The translations under genes and the position numbers were made by a program. A model generated the notes under the pieces. The model was not told where the DNA came from. It worked only from the letters and a program-made list of their open reading frames with translations, and did not search any database. Positions 26,332 through 39,840 of a DNA stretch of 64,000 nt are shown one piece after another; positions within the stretch are counted from its first letter, which is position 1; the number at the start of each line of letters is the position of its first letter. The stretch is from Mytilus californianus. Taxonomy: Eukaryota. Location of the stretch: positions 8,618,001 to 8,682,000 of the forward strand of contig NW_026262581.1 in NCBI RefSeq assembly GCF_021869535.1, written 5' to 3'.

Positions 26332-27465
26332 AGTAAAATTGGTACCATTTATTTCAATATAGAATAGAACTGATTCGTATATACTGGTGAAGATAAGTAT
26401 TTCTGTTCTTTATACAAGTACAATTAAATAATTTTCTGAGATATATCACAAGAGATTTGTAACTTGCTTCAACGAAGATTGTAAAATAAATTTGCAATAT
26501 TAATAAATATAATCAATACGGCATTGCAATAACAAGACTATGAACTGCTATCTCTTCTTTTGATCTTTGATCTTTATTATTTGTTATTTTTGTATATTAA
26601 TATAATAAATTAAACTGAATCAATTTTTAAGTGCACCCACCATCCCGTAAAATGTTAGGTTCTATGCATCATGTAACTGGCGATTTGATTTAGACTTTTA
26701 TACAATAATATGACTGGAAAGTTTACTGTGCATTTGTTCTATTTGTTTATTCCTTCTGACGACCATCATTATGCATAACTAATGTTAGTAAAATATTATC
26801 AGACAGGCTAGCATTAGACAGCTTGCAATAAGAAAACATAAAATTCAACTGCAACATTTAAATTTTATTAATCAATTTTTTTTTGGGGGGGGGGGGGGGG
26901 GGGGGGGAAACTGGGGTTGGGGATTGCGGTATAATAGTAAGCGAATAATCCAACTTATCTCGTTTATTAAATGAAATATAAAATCATACAAATTTTGTTT
27001 TAAATGGCTGGTATATGTGAAACATCCTTACTGGTCTTTTAGATATTAATGAAAATACCTATATTCAAATAAATGTATAACAACATTAAGAAACATCTTA
27101 TTGAAAATTGATCATAAAAAAGGCAAAAGGATGTTTTAATATACCGACAAGACAATATATGGAAGAACCTGGTAAATACTGATATATGTAAGATTTGTTG
27201 TTTATATGGACACACATGTTTATCAAAGTCATTTGAAAATATTCTATTTCGCAAATATCTTTTAAAAGGGCTTTTGCATGAAGCCACTTTAACTTTGTTG
27301 TCATGATATGACCCCCTGAAACATTTTCTTTTCAGTTTGTCTCAACTACTATGTTGACATGGATACCAAAATAGATGAAATAGAACACATTTCTACAAAA
27401 ACATAGGCAACATAAATATCGCCTTTATGTCATATCGGGTTATGTATGTAACAACATCTATATAC

Positions 27466-27626
27466 CTGGTTGGCTTTTGGAAGGCACTCTAAAATGCTCA
27501 GCATTAATTTGGCACTTCCATCTGGGTCACTTGGCAACCGGACGCTGAGAGCATCAAGTAACATCTGATATAAAGCGTTAGTGAAAAGTGGTTCAGGCAA
27601 TTCACGGAGGTAGTCTTTCAAAACAC
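27466..27626 (-). CDS. Syd-1: Syd-1 family exon: RhoGAP core
   Basis: ttttacag|GTGTT...AACCAG|gtata; 161 nt, phase 1 to 0; VLKDYLRELPEPLFT is the canonical RhoGAP motif. Confidence 0.93.
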
Positions 27627-28054
27627 CTGTAAAACAAATAATCAGATTAGTAAAACCGATTATAAAAATTTGCTGCAAAAAAAGATGAGTACCAATGAAA
27701 AGGCATGTCTTCCAACAATCTGACTTTAACACAATTGGTTAAATACCAAAATATAATTGATTAAGACGGAATTTTATAGTTATTTTTTACCACAACTTTT
27801 TACAGATAAGGAACTGTAAATGACATCATTAAAAGTTAAAAATCAAAGCACTGTTAACATGACCAACATTACAACTCCTTATTTTGTTTAAACTACCTTA
27901 TTTATATCTGAGGAACAAAAAAAGTACATGCTATGTTTACCCTGATGAAGACAGTTAATTCAACTGTTACTCAGTGCTCGACTATGAATTTAACTTTTTA
28001 GAATGTTCCAAAATTATCGCACAATCACTATATTCAAGTATCCTCACATAATCA

Positions 28055-28171
28055 CTATACATATGTACATGTAAATCAATTGGTCTTAAAATGTACGTTT
28101 GGATATTGAATCTATACATATGTACATGTAAATCAATTGGTCTTAAAATGTACGTTTGGATATTGAATCTA
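28055..28171. repeat. Exact 57-bp tandem duplication in Syd-1 intron
   Basis: CTATACATATGTACATG...GGATATTGAAT repeated at 28055 and 28112. Confidence 0.9.
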
Positions 28172-28299
28172 CTAAATTAAGCTTTCTCCTTTCTTTTGTT
28201 GGTTTAAGTATTGGAACATGTATACAATGTAGCATGTGTCGGGTGTTTTTTTGTCTTTTTAACTGTAATTCATAAATATTCTAAAATTATAAAACTTAC

Positions 28300-29406
28300 C
28301 TGTAACCACATGTATGTCTGATACATTTTCTGGAGAAAGATCAACAGCTTGAGCATTCTTCTCAAAAGCTTCTCTTAATTGGGCTTTTCTTCTAGCTGAA
28401 GCACACAGCCTGTATATCCCCACTACATCAAGTCCACGTTTCTCCACTTCTTCAATGCACTTTCTAATTACCATAGGTACATTCTGACCCTCTTGTTTGG
28501 TCACAGTTTCTAAATCTTTCCCAAATACACCATTTTTCCGCATAGATGGTAGTCGCTGCAAGGAAACTGATGGTTCATGATATAATAAGGTGGTATATAA
28601 CAAGCCCTTTGGTTCCATTTTTAATGCTATGCATTTTTTCTTTCCATTTTCGAGTATTGATGGAAGTAAAACGGTGCCATGAAAGCAAAGTCTGTGTTTA
28701 AAATTAGGATCCCAATTGTAAATAAGAAATGACACTTCTTTAGAATCTTCAAGTTCAACATCGAAAGCCTCATCCCAATCGAAATTTACAGCACCAGTTC
28801 TGATCATTGTTCGTGCTTTATTCACAGAATCTATAGATACAACACAATATAAATCCCTTAGAGTCATTTTTGTTGATTTTAGCCCTTGTCCTGAGAGAAT
28901 ATGAATACTAAGAATTCCATCTTGACCCGTTTTCTTCGACAATTCTAATCGCCTCCTTAAATCTGGACGATAAAATTCGAACTCACTGTAAGGTATTTGT
29001 AATGGCTTCCTAGAAAGTTGAAGATCTTTGAATCTTGACGTTGAGCGAGATATATGTTGACCATCAGTGTCTATAAACTTGGTCCTATCTGAAGTAGATG
29101 AGGTAGATGCTGATAAAGGAATCCCTACCCTTGACATTGTATGGATTGAAGGGGGGACATACTTTGATTCTTGATATGAAGTTGAAAGCTCTTGTTTTCC
29201 CATATCGGAATGATATGTTCTACTCCGTTGAGCTGAATCTGCACTTCTATTACGGGTCATTTTCATTTGTCCCGGAGTTTGTGTTGATGCTGCCTTTTGA
29301 ATAGATATTGGGGATGATGGCTTCCCTCCTAAAATTCTTGAAGATCCTATGTAAGCATATTCATCTGATGAATAATCCACGTTCCTTGGAGATGGTGCTG
29401 TAAATC
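28300..29406 (-). CDS. Syd-1: Syd-1 family exon: C2 domain and N-terminal RhoGAP domain
   Basis: ttttcag|GATTT, phase 1 matches the previous donor; C2 (GILSIHILSGQGL...LRDLYCVVSIDSVNKART...FDWDEAF); RhoGAP (VPMVIRKCIEEVEKRGLDVVGIYRLC); donor ACAG|gtaagt. Confidence 0.93.
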
Positions 29407-29903
29407 CTGAAAAGAAAATTACAATTCTTGAAAAATTATGTCCAAGCCTTGTATTATAATTCACAAATTATACGTGTACATTGCACATTTCTATAATTAG
29501 CTAGAAGATCCTATTTGGCTTCTTTGTTAATTAATAAATGCAAAAAGACTACGTATACACTACTGCAAATTTTGAATAAACATATATATATACATGATAT
29601 ATAAAATGACTGAATAATAGCCAACGATAAATCTTACGGGGCGATGGATCATATAAATATGATACAGTACACTACAAAATATAATATATAACCAGTCTAA
29701 AAGGGTACAACATCACCAAAAAATGACAATAAACGAACAAATGATATATATATATATATAAGTCGATTGAATGGTGGATTTGTGTCCAAAGAGGGATTTA
29801 TCCATGTATTTGTCGGTGCATTTACACAAGATGATAAAGTTTCCAATCTCAATATTGTACAAACATGTAAAACACATAAAAGACACCAGATTAGAATTTA
29901 GTT

Positions 29904-29945
29904 CGACATATACATGTTTCGTCTATACAAGACTAATCAGTGTTA
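29904..29945 (-). ncRNA. Decayed hammerhead ribozyme motif
   Basis: Minus strand TAACA-CTGATTA-GTC(ttgtata)GAC-GAAA-CATGTA-TA-TGTCG; G8 to T change, stem III decayed. Confidence 0.45.
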
Positions 29946-32064
29946 TATCCCTCGAACCGAAGCAGTTGGAACACGAAATCAATTACGACCATTGAAAACT
30001 CGAAACTCCCCAAAAAGTTGTTCAAAATGAAAATCTGAGTAAAACCATCTAATTAGATGCGGATCCAGGATTTTGAAAAAGGGGGCCGGTGCCCCCAAAG
30101 AAGGGAACGTTCGGAGTTGGACATGTAAAGAGTCTATGCATTAACCATATATGTAGCTCCATATAAAAGGCCTGCTAATGATATATGTCTGGGATACAAA
30201 AAACCTTTGTGTTTTAAACGATTTTAACAGAAAGTTACCGCATCAATATGATGAATGATATTTCATGTCGATAGCCTTGGGGACGAAACGTCCAACAATG
30301 ACCGACTCAGATACTTTCATCTAAACTGCATGAGAATAAAAATACGAAAATAAAAATTAACTAGGAAGTTTGGATGTATAAATATCAATGACCTTAACGG
30401 TTTTACTCCAATTTTGTATATTTGTTTATTTTTTTTTTTCGCTGTTAGCGTATCAAGGTAAAACGGTATTCAAACGCAGGGAATTCTGTACTATTCAAAG
30501 TTATCATTTAAATATAAATACATGTATAATCAGTAAGCTACTGGAGGCGGAATTTAACCGAGGAAGTCAGGTACTATTGATCAATAGGTACTACTATTTA
30601 TGAAGAATACGTAGATGCCCAGTTTCAATCACCTATGAACCGTAATGAATCATGCTGGTTATAGTGGAGTACCCATGATGATCCGTGATCAAGTCCAGTG
30701 ATTCTTTCCACGTCGGTTCCATTTAGGGTTGTAAACAGTTTATGATATATTGTGGCATGCAAATGATATGCCTTATAGATCTAAATCACCCGTATTTGTC
30801 ACTCATTAATGATGATAAAAATATATCAAGGAGTCGCACCAGTATAAATGGATTTTTATTTTATTTTGAAGTCTTAATTTGTGACAAGTCTAGGTCTACG
30901 ACTAACATTCTTCATCGGATTACCCGAATACACCCCGAACCACCAGATCAAGTATTTTTAATGTGTGAAGGCCGATCCGCGAGTGCAACGATTTCATCGA
31001 AGCATAGGTCAAACACCCCCGAGGAAAGTAGAACATTTTGCTACTACAAATATACAGATCTAACATTGCTCGACTAAATATTAAGAAAGGTATATATAAT
31101 GTTTGGTATTACTGTTGTATAACTCTAGATATGCTTGGAGAATGTCAGTCGTAGAAATGTAATATAATTCGCTATAGATCTATCATTGCACAAATCAATA
31201 TGTGTAAAAAATGTTTGAACAAATGGATGCTACAGTCACGTATATTTACATACAGTTGAAACCTGATCAATGACGGTCTAATAGATTTGGGTTGTTTGTT
31301 CATGAATTGTGAAAAAAGTGGAAATAAAAAAACTAGTGAATTTAAAGGATCGTTTGTATATCATGGTGTTGCTCCAGAAGTGCAGTTTGCGGGCATGGAG
31401 TTACTAAGGAACGAGAAGCCGTCATGGACAAAAGAACAGAGAACAATGCTGACCAATGAGATTAAAAACCATAAAGAAGTTCAGACCTGAACCCTAATCG
31501 AGACCATGAGAAGTATAACCATGGGGGCACTTGACTTCATCAGAGGCAGGATTAGAGAGAAGGGAGACCATTTCCCTTACTAGATTTATAGGGACCATAA
31601 CCAGTTTTGTTTTTGTTTTACTTTTCTAGATGTTATCTTTTTGTTTCTTTATTCTTATTGTTGTCATTATAGAATCAAGGAATTGTATAGAAAAGAGAGG
31701 CGAAAGATATCAAAGGGACATTCAAACTTATAAGTTTAAAATTAACTGACAACGTCATGGCAAAAAAACTGACAACGTCATGGCAAAAAAAAAACGAAAA
31801 AGACTAAACACAATACACAACATAGAAAAAAAAGACTGAACAACACGAACCGAAAAGGTATATATTTAATATATATTCAAGTTTTTAGTTTTTATGACTA
31901 GTGATTTGAGAAAAAGAAAAAAAGATCGTTGTATTCTTTACAATACCAATGTATCGACTATTTAGGATAAGTAAATATGCAGACATCAAGATCTCTAAAG
32001 AGTATGCATGCAAATGCGTTACGAAAGTACTAATGAGGCAACTAAAAATGAATATGCTATTATA

Positions 32065-33292
32065 AAATTCGTAAGGGTTCCGCGGAACCCAGTGTCTCGC
32101 CTACTTTTTCTGTTAATTGCAGGCTCAACAAAAATGACAAAGTAAATCAATAAAAATATTCCACTTGATACTATCTTTTGATTGTAAGAAGCTTCTGTCC
32201 AAGTTTGGTAAAAATCAAGATTAGTTTACGAATCTAATAAATCTTTAAAAACTTTAACTGCAGACTGAATGTAATGTTAACTGGAAGAAAACAAAATTTC
32301 CTTCTAGATACTAGCTTTTGATCATAAACAAGCTTCTGTCCAAGTTTGGTACAAATCCAAAATAGTATAAGAAAGTTATTAAAATTTTAACAACTTTAAC
32401 CACAGAGTGAATGTGTTGTTTCCTGGCAGAAAATTTAAGTCCATTTAAAAGTAAAATACGGAAAAAATGGATTTATTTTTTTACAAAATTTCCTTCTAGA
32501 TACTAGCTTTTGATCATAAACAAGCTTCTGTCCAAGTTTGGTACAAATCCAAAATAGTATAAGAAAGTTATTAAAATTTTAACAATTTTAACCACAGAGT
32601 GAATGTGTTGTTTCCTGGCAGAAAATCTAAGTCCATTTAAAAGTAAAATACGGAAAAAATGGATTTATTTTTTTACAAAATTTCCTTCTAGATACTAGCT
32701 TTTGATCATAAACAAGCTACTGTCCAAGTTTGTTACAAATCCAAAATAGTATAAGAAAGTTATTAAAATTTTAAAAACTTTAACCACAGAGTGAATGTGT
32801 TGTTTCCTGGCAGAAAATCTAAGTCCATTTAAAAGTAAAATAAGGAAAAAATTGATTTATTTTTTTACAAAATTTACTTCTGGATACTATCTTATGATCA
32901 TAAACAAGCTTCTTTCCAAGTTCGGTAGAAATCCAGGATAGTTTAAGAAAGTTATTAAAATTTTAAAAACTTTAACCACAGAGTGAATGTAATATTTCCC
33001 GGCAGAAAAACTAAGTCCATTTATAAGTAAAATACGGAAAAAATGGAATTTTATTTTTACAAAATATACTTCTGGATACTACCTTGTGATCATAAACAAG
33101 CTTCTGTCCAAGTTTGGTAGAAATCCAGGATAGTCTAAGAAAGTTATTAAAATTTCAAAAACTTTAACCACAGAGTGAATATTTGTGGACGCCGCCGACG
33201 ACTACGACGACGACGACGACGACGACGACGCCGACGGAATGTAGGATCGCTATGTCTCGCTTTTTCGACTAAAGTCGAAGGCTCGACAAAAA
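32065..33292 (+). mobile_element. HINE-like element, family 2, with 192-bp tandem units
   Basis: Palindrome at 32075-32090; unit starts at 32300, 32492, 32684, 32876, 33068 (period 192); (GAC)n at 33190-33235; hairpin TTCGACT-AA-AGTCGAA, then GGCTCGACAAAAA. Confidence 0.8.
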
Positions 33293-36200
33293 CCATTAGT
33301 CTGGACAAACTCTGTGAACCTGTTTACCTATGACGCATCTGTTGACTGTTACATACATGTAATAGCGTCCAATATTACGGGAATATTATGGGTGATTTTT
33401 TTATTCAAGAGGAAAAAACAAAGAAAATTGATTGACAAAAAAATTAAATTTCATAATTTCAGACCAGAGTTTTAAATCAATGACGTCCATGACGTCGGCG
33501 TGAATAAAGACATTGACTGAAGAATCGTTTAAGCAAGAGTCCTTTTGGAGTAATATTTCCACAATAAATATAGATGCAATGATTGGAAAAAAAAACATTT
33601 TCAAAATTTGAGACTTTTGTCCAACACAATGCATTCAATATTGTTTGAAAGCATATCGAGGTATAGAGTTGAAACGTGTGATTTTGTAAACCTTAATTAT
33701 GTTTACACAGGTGTATTATTATTCAAAACTTTAAGACAGGTTGAAAGAATTAGTCACACTTTGTTAAAAAAAATCCAACGTATTAACAAATGTCTTGCTT
33801 TACAAAAGAATTATCATATCTAACAAAATATCTCCTTTTCACAAAAAAATCTGTTGATTTAAACAACTTGACTTGAATGTTCATTGACAACTGATTACAT
33901 TTCTTTCCCTGAGGGGTTCACGCATATTTGTCATTTTGCAGCCTTATATAGCTTACTATAGGGTATGTGTTTGCTCATTTTTGAAAGCCGTACTGTGACA
34001 TATAGCTAACTTCATTTCTACGTCATTTGGTCTCTGGTGGAGAGTTGTCTCATTGGCAATCATAACACATCTTCCCCTCTTTTTATATATAAAAAACATA
34101 CTTAATCTTATAAAAAATGCAAATTAACCCTGGAAATTGAGACAAAATTTTCAAAGCACCTTTTAGGTGTGTTAAATGCAGAAAATATCGAAACAGTCCA
34201 TAAATGATCATGCGTTTAAGTCCTTAGAATAATTCTATTAATATGAACGATTTTCAAACACACTGAGTGATATTCTTTGTGGTATTTGACCCCCACCCAA
34301 CACATACACTACATATCAGACTAAAAGTTAAAGTAGCATGTCCAACCTAAAGAAGAATCAGTGCAAGTTTCTGAGATTTCCGTCAATTTGTTTTCAAAGA
34401 GTTGAGGCAATTTGTATTCATAAACGAATTTAGAGGATCTATATAAAAATAAGGAGATGTGGTATGATTGCCAATGAGACAACTATCCACCAATGTTAAA
34501 AAGATGTGATGTAAGCAATTATAGGCAAACGTACGTCCTTCAACAATGAGAATCAAAGTGCTTGTAAGCACAGAAGGATAAAGATGGCTTTAATTTATCT
34601 GTGGGAAGTAAAATTAAATATTGCATTGTAAAAAGCATTGGTTGTAGTTGATTCAACTACAATTCTGCACAAAGGAAGATAACTCCAATTTTTAAAGATG
34701 ACTTTAACAATGACATCATTGATATTTTTAGAAAAGATATTAGATTCCTGCACCTTGCACAAGTTATGTAATTTTTTAGACAAGTATAACATTATTTTGT
34801 GACTTGAACATCTGAGCATAAATTTCATTGATAAATTTCTGGAAATGTTCATGGATAGAATTTATAGAATGTAATGATCAATGCACTACATTTTGTGTAT
34901 CTCAAAGGTAGTGATAAACCTTGGAAGATTTTGATTGCATCTCATGCCATCTTTACCCAAAACCCATACCGTATAGTCGGCTATAAAAGGCCCCGACATG
35001 AAAAATATTAGACAATTCAATTGAGAAAACTAAAGTCCTAATTTATAACAAAACAATTTACAAAAAAAAACAAATATGACAGACATGAACCAACGACAAC
35101 CACTGAACTACAGGCTCCTGACTTGGGACAGGCACATAAAGAATGTGGCGGGGATGTTTGAGACCCTATTCTGGGACAGTGGTGTAACAGAACACTATAA
35201 GAACAAACTATAAAAATCAGTTGAAAAAGGCTTCACTCATCAGATCGATACAACGCAGAAAAGCATCAAACAAAAACACAGACCGGACGTGGCAGGGTAT
35301 TTATCGATCCCTCATCCTTAACAACAAGGAGGCCTAGAGCGTTTTTGGCAATACAATATGACGATATCTTTACAAATTAGGCGATACAAAAACGTTTGTA
35401 TTCATAACCAAAAAAAATAGCACATCTTAGTAACAAATTATTTTTCTTAAAATCAATATCCGTATTTAACGGACATGCGATTGCAAAAAACAGGATTTTT
35501 AAATTGCGTACTGGACATGAGCTATACTGAATTGGCACTGTTATTCCTGCTTTCCTCTGTCTGTCACACAATCGTATAAAAAAAATCAACAACTTCATAA
35601 TATTTGGCTAATTAACAAAATGACAAGTTATAAAATGAAAAAGTGAGATTTATTTGAACAAACGTTAACTAATCTAAGTATAAAGTTGAGGTTTCAAATT
35701 GTTTCTACTCTAAAAGTCTGATTGGAGTTTGTTGCCTTGGGTATAAATAAATTGAGATCAAGCATATCTTAAATATGATAGCCAATGACCAAACCATTCA
35801 AACCAGTTTAATAGTTTTCAAGAACGGTTTTTGTACGGGATTAACAAATAAGAAAATAGCTTAGGATTTTGGACTTTTTTCAAACTTGCTACAAAAACAA
35901 ATAATCATGATTCATTTCTTTAAACCTCTTCAAAACAAAAACTGTTTTGATATTTACATGTCGACTTTAGCCAGAAAGCTACCTCTAATTTTCAAAACAG
36001 CATCTCAGAATGGAACATACAGTGGTTGCCTCCTATTTAGCATGTTGTGATGTTATCTACCGGAAGAGTGAGGGATGGGACTCCCATGGGAGAGAGATAA
36101 ATGATTTCTTTAACAAGAAAATTATGCCCAATATTGAACAGAAGATTCATTAAGAAACCATGTCAGTTTTTCTACATCTTATATAAAAATTAGGTAAAAC

Positions 36201-36587
36201 CAGGCATATGATATAACAATTATCCAATCTTATATACCAAATAGACATTTAGGTTCACGATTGCATTTCTTTTTTAAAGAAATCAAATCAACTTATCAAC
36301 AGCAATAAGCCATTCCTTTGTGAAACAACTGTGTTCCTGTTTTCGCCTACTTATTTCTAGATTCTTACGCAGCAGAGTGAATAGCCTCAAATAGGGGCTT
36401 CTCAAGAAAATAATCTAGAGCACCAAGGAGTCTGTATTGTTTAAGTGTCATAATTGCATAAAATTGATATAATGCAACTAGAATATAAGGCTGGATGGTA
36501 ACTGTTTGTGCCAAAAATCTTATTTTCACTTATCATATTTGCTTGACAGTCTTTGTCTATAGATTATAGTTTTTAAAGATACTAAAC

Positions 36588-36895
36588 AAAAATTCGTAAG
36601 GGTTCCGCGGAACCCAGTGTCTCGCCTACTTTTTGCTGTTAATCGCAGGCTCAACAAAAATGAGGAAAAAATTAATAAAAATATTCCTCTCTATACTATC
36701 TTTTGATTGTAAGTAGCTTCTGTCCAAGTTTTGTAAAAATCCAGGATAGTTAATGAATCTAATAAATGTTTTAAAAACTTAAACTGCACACTGTATGTAA
36801 TGTTAACTGGAAGAAAAACTAAGTCCATTTATAAGTAAAATACGGTAAAAATGGAACAAAATTTTAACAAAATTTCCTTCTAGATACTAGCTATT
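36588..36895 (+). mobile_element. HINE-like element, family 2, 3'-truncated
   Basis: Same 5' palindrome (36600-36615) and box as the 9838 and 32065 copies; homology stops abruptly at about 36895. Confidence 0.7.
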
Positions 36896-39840
36896 AATCA
36901 CGGGAACCAAGTTTTAGGCATGTTACGCGCGCGACTTTCTAGCCGACTAGTGGCCAAAAAAAGGTCGGCACAGCACTATTGACAAACTGTTCCGGAATTC
37001 GAGTTATTCCTTTGTCGAAGCCTTCATGTGGCTAAGCATCCAAAGAGCACTTGTACATCTGAGATAGATTTGGGCGCAGTTCACAAAATCGTCCAAAGCA
37101 ACCTGGGACACTGACTGATAGGGTCCATATAGTTACCTCGGATCCTAGAGCCCACGTACATTTGTACCTTGAGACCGGATCCTTACCTTCCGGGCCCATG
37201 CAACACTAAAATTAAGATGAAGCCAAGAGCCCGTGTTATCCCTCAGACTGAACTTCAACGTGCATGGATTAAGGAATGAGGAAATATGCCTCACACTGTT
37301 GTTGTTCAAATAATAATCGTATCCATGCAGGAGGCTGTCATACCTGTTACTGACAAATCAATCTGTGGGTTGTCGATATAAAGTTACTCTCTATATCATC
37401 ATATTTTTTATCTTTTGAGTGGTTGAATTACGTTTAATCTTTTCTAATAAATAATTTGTATTTGTATTTATATAATACGAAAGAGGCGCTTTTTTTGCTG
37501 TTAGATTCGCAAGTTTAGTGGTATACTAGCTAGGGATCACCAAAGAAAAAAATCAAGGATGGAGCTTTTAAAATGATTATTTAAACCGTTACTTTATAAT
37601 TTGAATACCTTTTGCGATTCTCTTTAAACATATTGTATTTGCGTATAAAAACATGTATCGCAATTTTATGATAACAAAATAAAAAAAACTTAATTATAAT
37701 CTTTCAAAATAATACTGCCAGATCAAGCATTATTTTCAAAACTAATCTCAAATTATACATGTACTAGTATCTCAAAATTTAATGTTAATGCAGAGAAACT
37801 GTTCGAAATTCAAGGGGTGCTAAACATTAAAAGCGGAGCACGGCCCTTAAATAGCCTGTGGTGATGCATGAGTATAAATGTATACAGTATTACTATTAGG
37901 CACTCACAGCATTTTCTAACATGCTGTTCATAAAGAACACACATTATAATTAAAACTCTGAGAGTCAATTTACATGGGAAGTCTAAATGTTTTTACTCGT
38001 GTTAAAGTATAAAGAGCAAAGGAATCTGCTATTGATCGCAATGGCTGTATGTACAGAAATTTCAGTCATTTCTTATCAATTACGACAACATTACTGCCAA
38101 GACGACGGAAGACGTGAATCCTGGAAATGTGACGGATTATACGATCAGGTATTATAGATGATGATGACAATATCCGCCATTAAACGGAACAATTCTCAAA
38201 CTCGTTTGTAGCAGTTTTATAGACAATCTAGTAAAGCTATCCAGAGCCTTTACGTATTGATTTCACGTCATCAATAAATCTGTTTTGTATCATAAATCGA
38301 CGTGCAAGGTTAGCATTTTTGCTATAACTTCTTGCGTGTATCACTGGGTGAAAACAACTTGAACCCTTTTTATAGCTGTGGGAAATAGAATAAATAATAC
38401 GATGCTAGTTTCTACCCAAATTACCGCATCATACATGTATTTACTTGTTACTTATTTAAATATAGCTATATATATATATAGTCAGCTGGCTAAAGTATTG
38501 AAAAGGGGTATTAGATTTCATGTAATGAAACTTAGGTTCATGAATTCTTAATTTTGTATACATCTATTAGTAATTATTGGTTTTTGGTATGCTCAGTCTT
38601 TGATTTTCTATGTAGTGTTTCTCTTCGACTCATAGTTTCTTCCGCCACTTTTTTCTATTACAGTAGCCCCAAAAAGAAGTAAGCATCAATACTGTACCAG
38701 CCATACCAGGTACAACGCCAGTGATTTTCGGTTCAGAAACTGCAGATACAATTAGAAGTCTTCCCATAGTGATATTCTTCTTTTTACCCAAAGATATTAA
38801 GCTTATATAATTGTAATAAAATGGCGTTCACCATGCCGTAAGCTGCTTTCTAGCTTTGCAGTATGAAGGGAGACGGTTGATATGATGGATCTAAAGCACT
38901 TGTACGGCTTATAGGAGATTCCAGGCATTTCAATAATGACATCTTCTAGAAATGATCGATATTTTCTCAAATTAGTGGAGGTTTGCGTGTCAGTGAATGA
39001 GATTAATATCTAAAGCGTCAAAAATACATTTAAGTTCGAATCAAATTTACTATCAATAGCATCGAACTACCTTCAAACTGATAATTGAAAAATTTGATAA
39101 GCAAATTTGGTTAAGAGCATCAGAATTAAGCATACATGTATATCAATATGTTGTAATATAGCTGTCATTCAAGTAATGCTGCTATGCCAAATATATGTTA
39201 ACTTAGACGAATACATGATTATTATTAAGATATATTGGTCCCAGATGTTAGTCATTCTAAAATTACCTTTAAAACGTGACCTTTCAGTCAATCGCCGTTT
39301 CCTTAATGTTTTAGGCATCGTTATAGGAAAAGATCGAAGATTAAATGTGTCACAGTATCAATAAAGAAATAACCATTAAGGACTTAGCGTTGTAGTATAT
39401 TGATCTGTAGGAAACTCTAGGAGATATATTGTTTCACGTTGTGGATTTCATCTCCGAGGCAGAGGGAGAAATCTGTACATGGACAGTTGTTAAAAACATA
39501 TTCAGAAAGTTTCAAAATTTGTGTCGTCGAAACCAAAATGAGGTTATCTTAGGTGGTGATTTGCCTCGATGATGACACAAAGTAAAATGTATACCGACCG
39601 TGTGAGACTTAGCTGGTTCTGGCTGACTACTACACTTTGAGCGTAGCGTAAATACAAAGCGGATTCCAGTTTAGTGTGAGACCATCACCATCATGCGTAG
39701 TGCAACAAACACCCCCGTAGTTATTAGTACACATGTATATATTGCCATCTTTAATGGGGACATCGTGACAGAGTAACATCCAATCCACTTTCAAATACAA
39801 TGTACTTCATTGTCTTCAAACAGTTTGTGACAATAAAAAA

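Noticed and set aside
26884-26925. Poly-G run with extra G-tracts (G-quadruplex potential)
   Set aside because: Homopolymer runs are common and error-prone in assemblies; there is no evidence of function.
31287-31580. Purine-rich coding-like stretch (possible decayed retroelement ORF1/gag)
   Set aside because: In-frame stop and no recognisable motif; cannot be assigned.
38600-39000. Minus-strand hydrophobic frames suggesting a membrane-protein pseudogene
   Set aside because: Multiple stops and no diagnostic motif.
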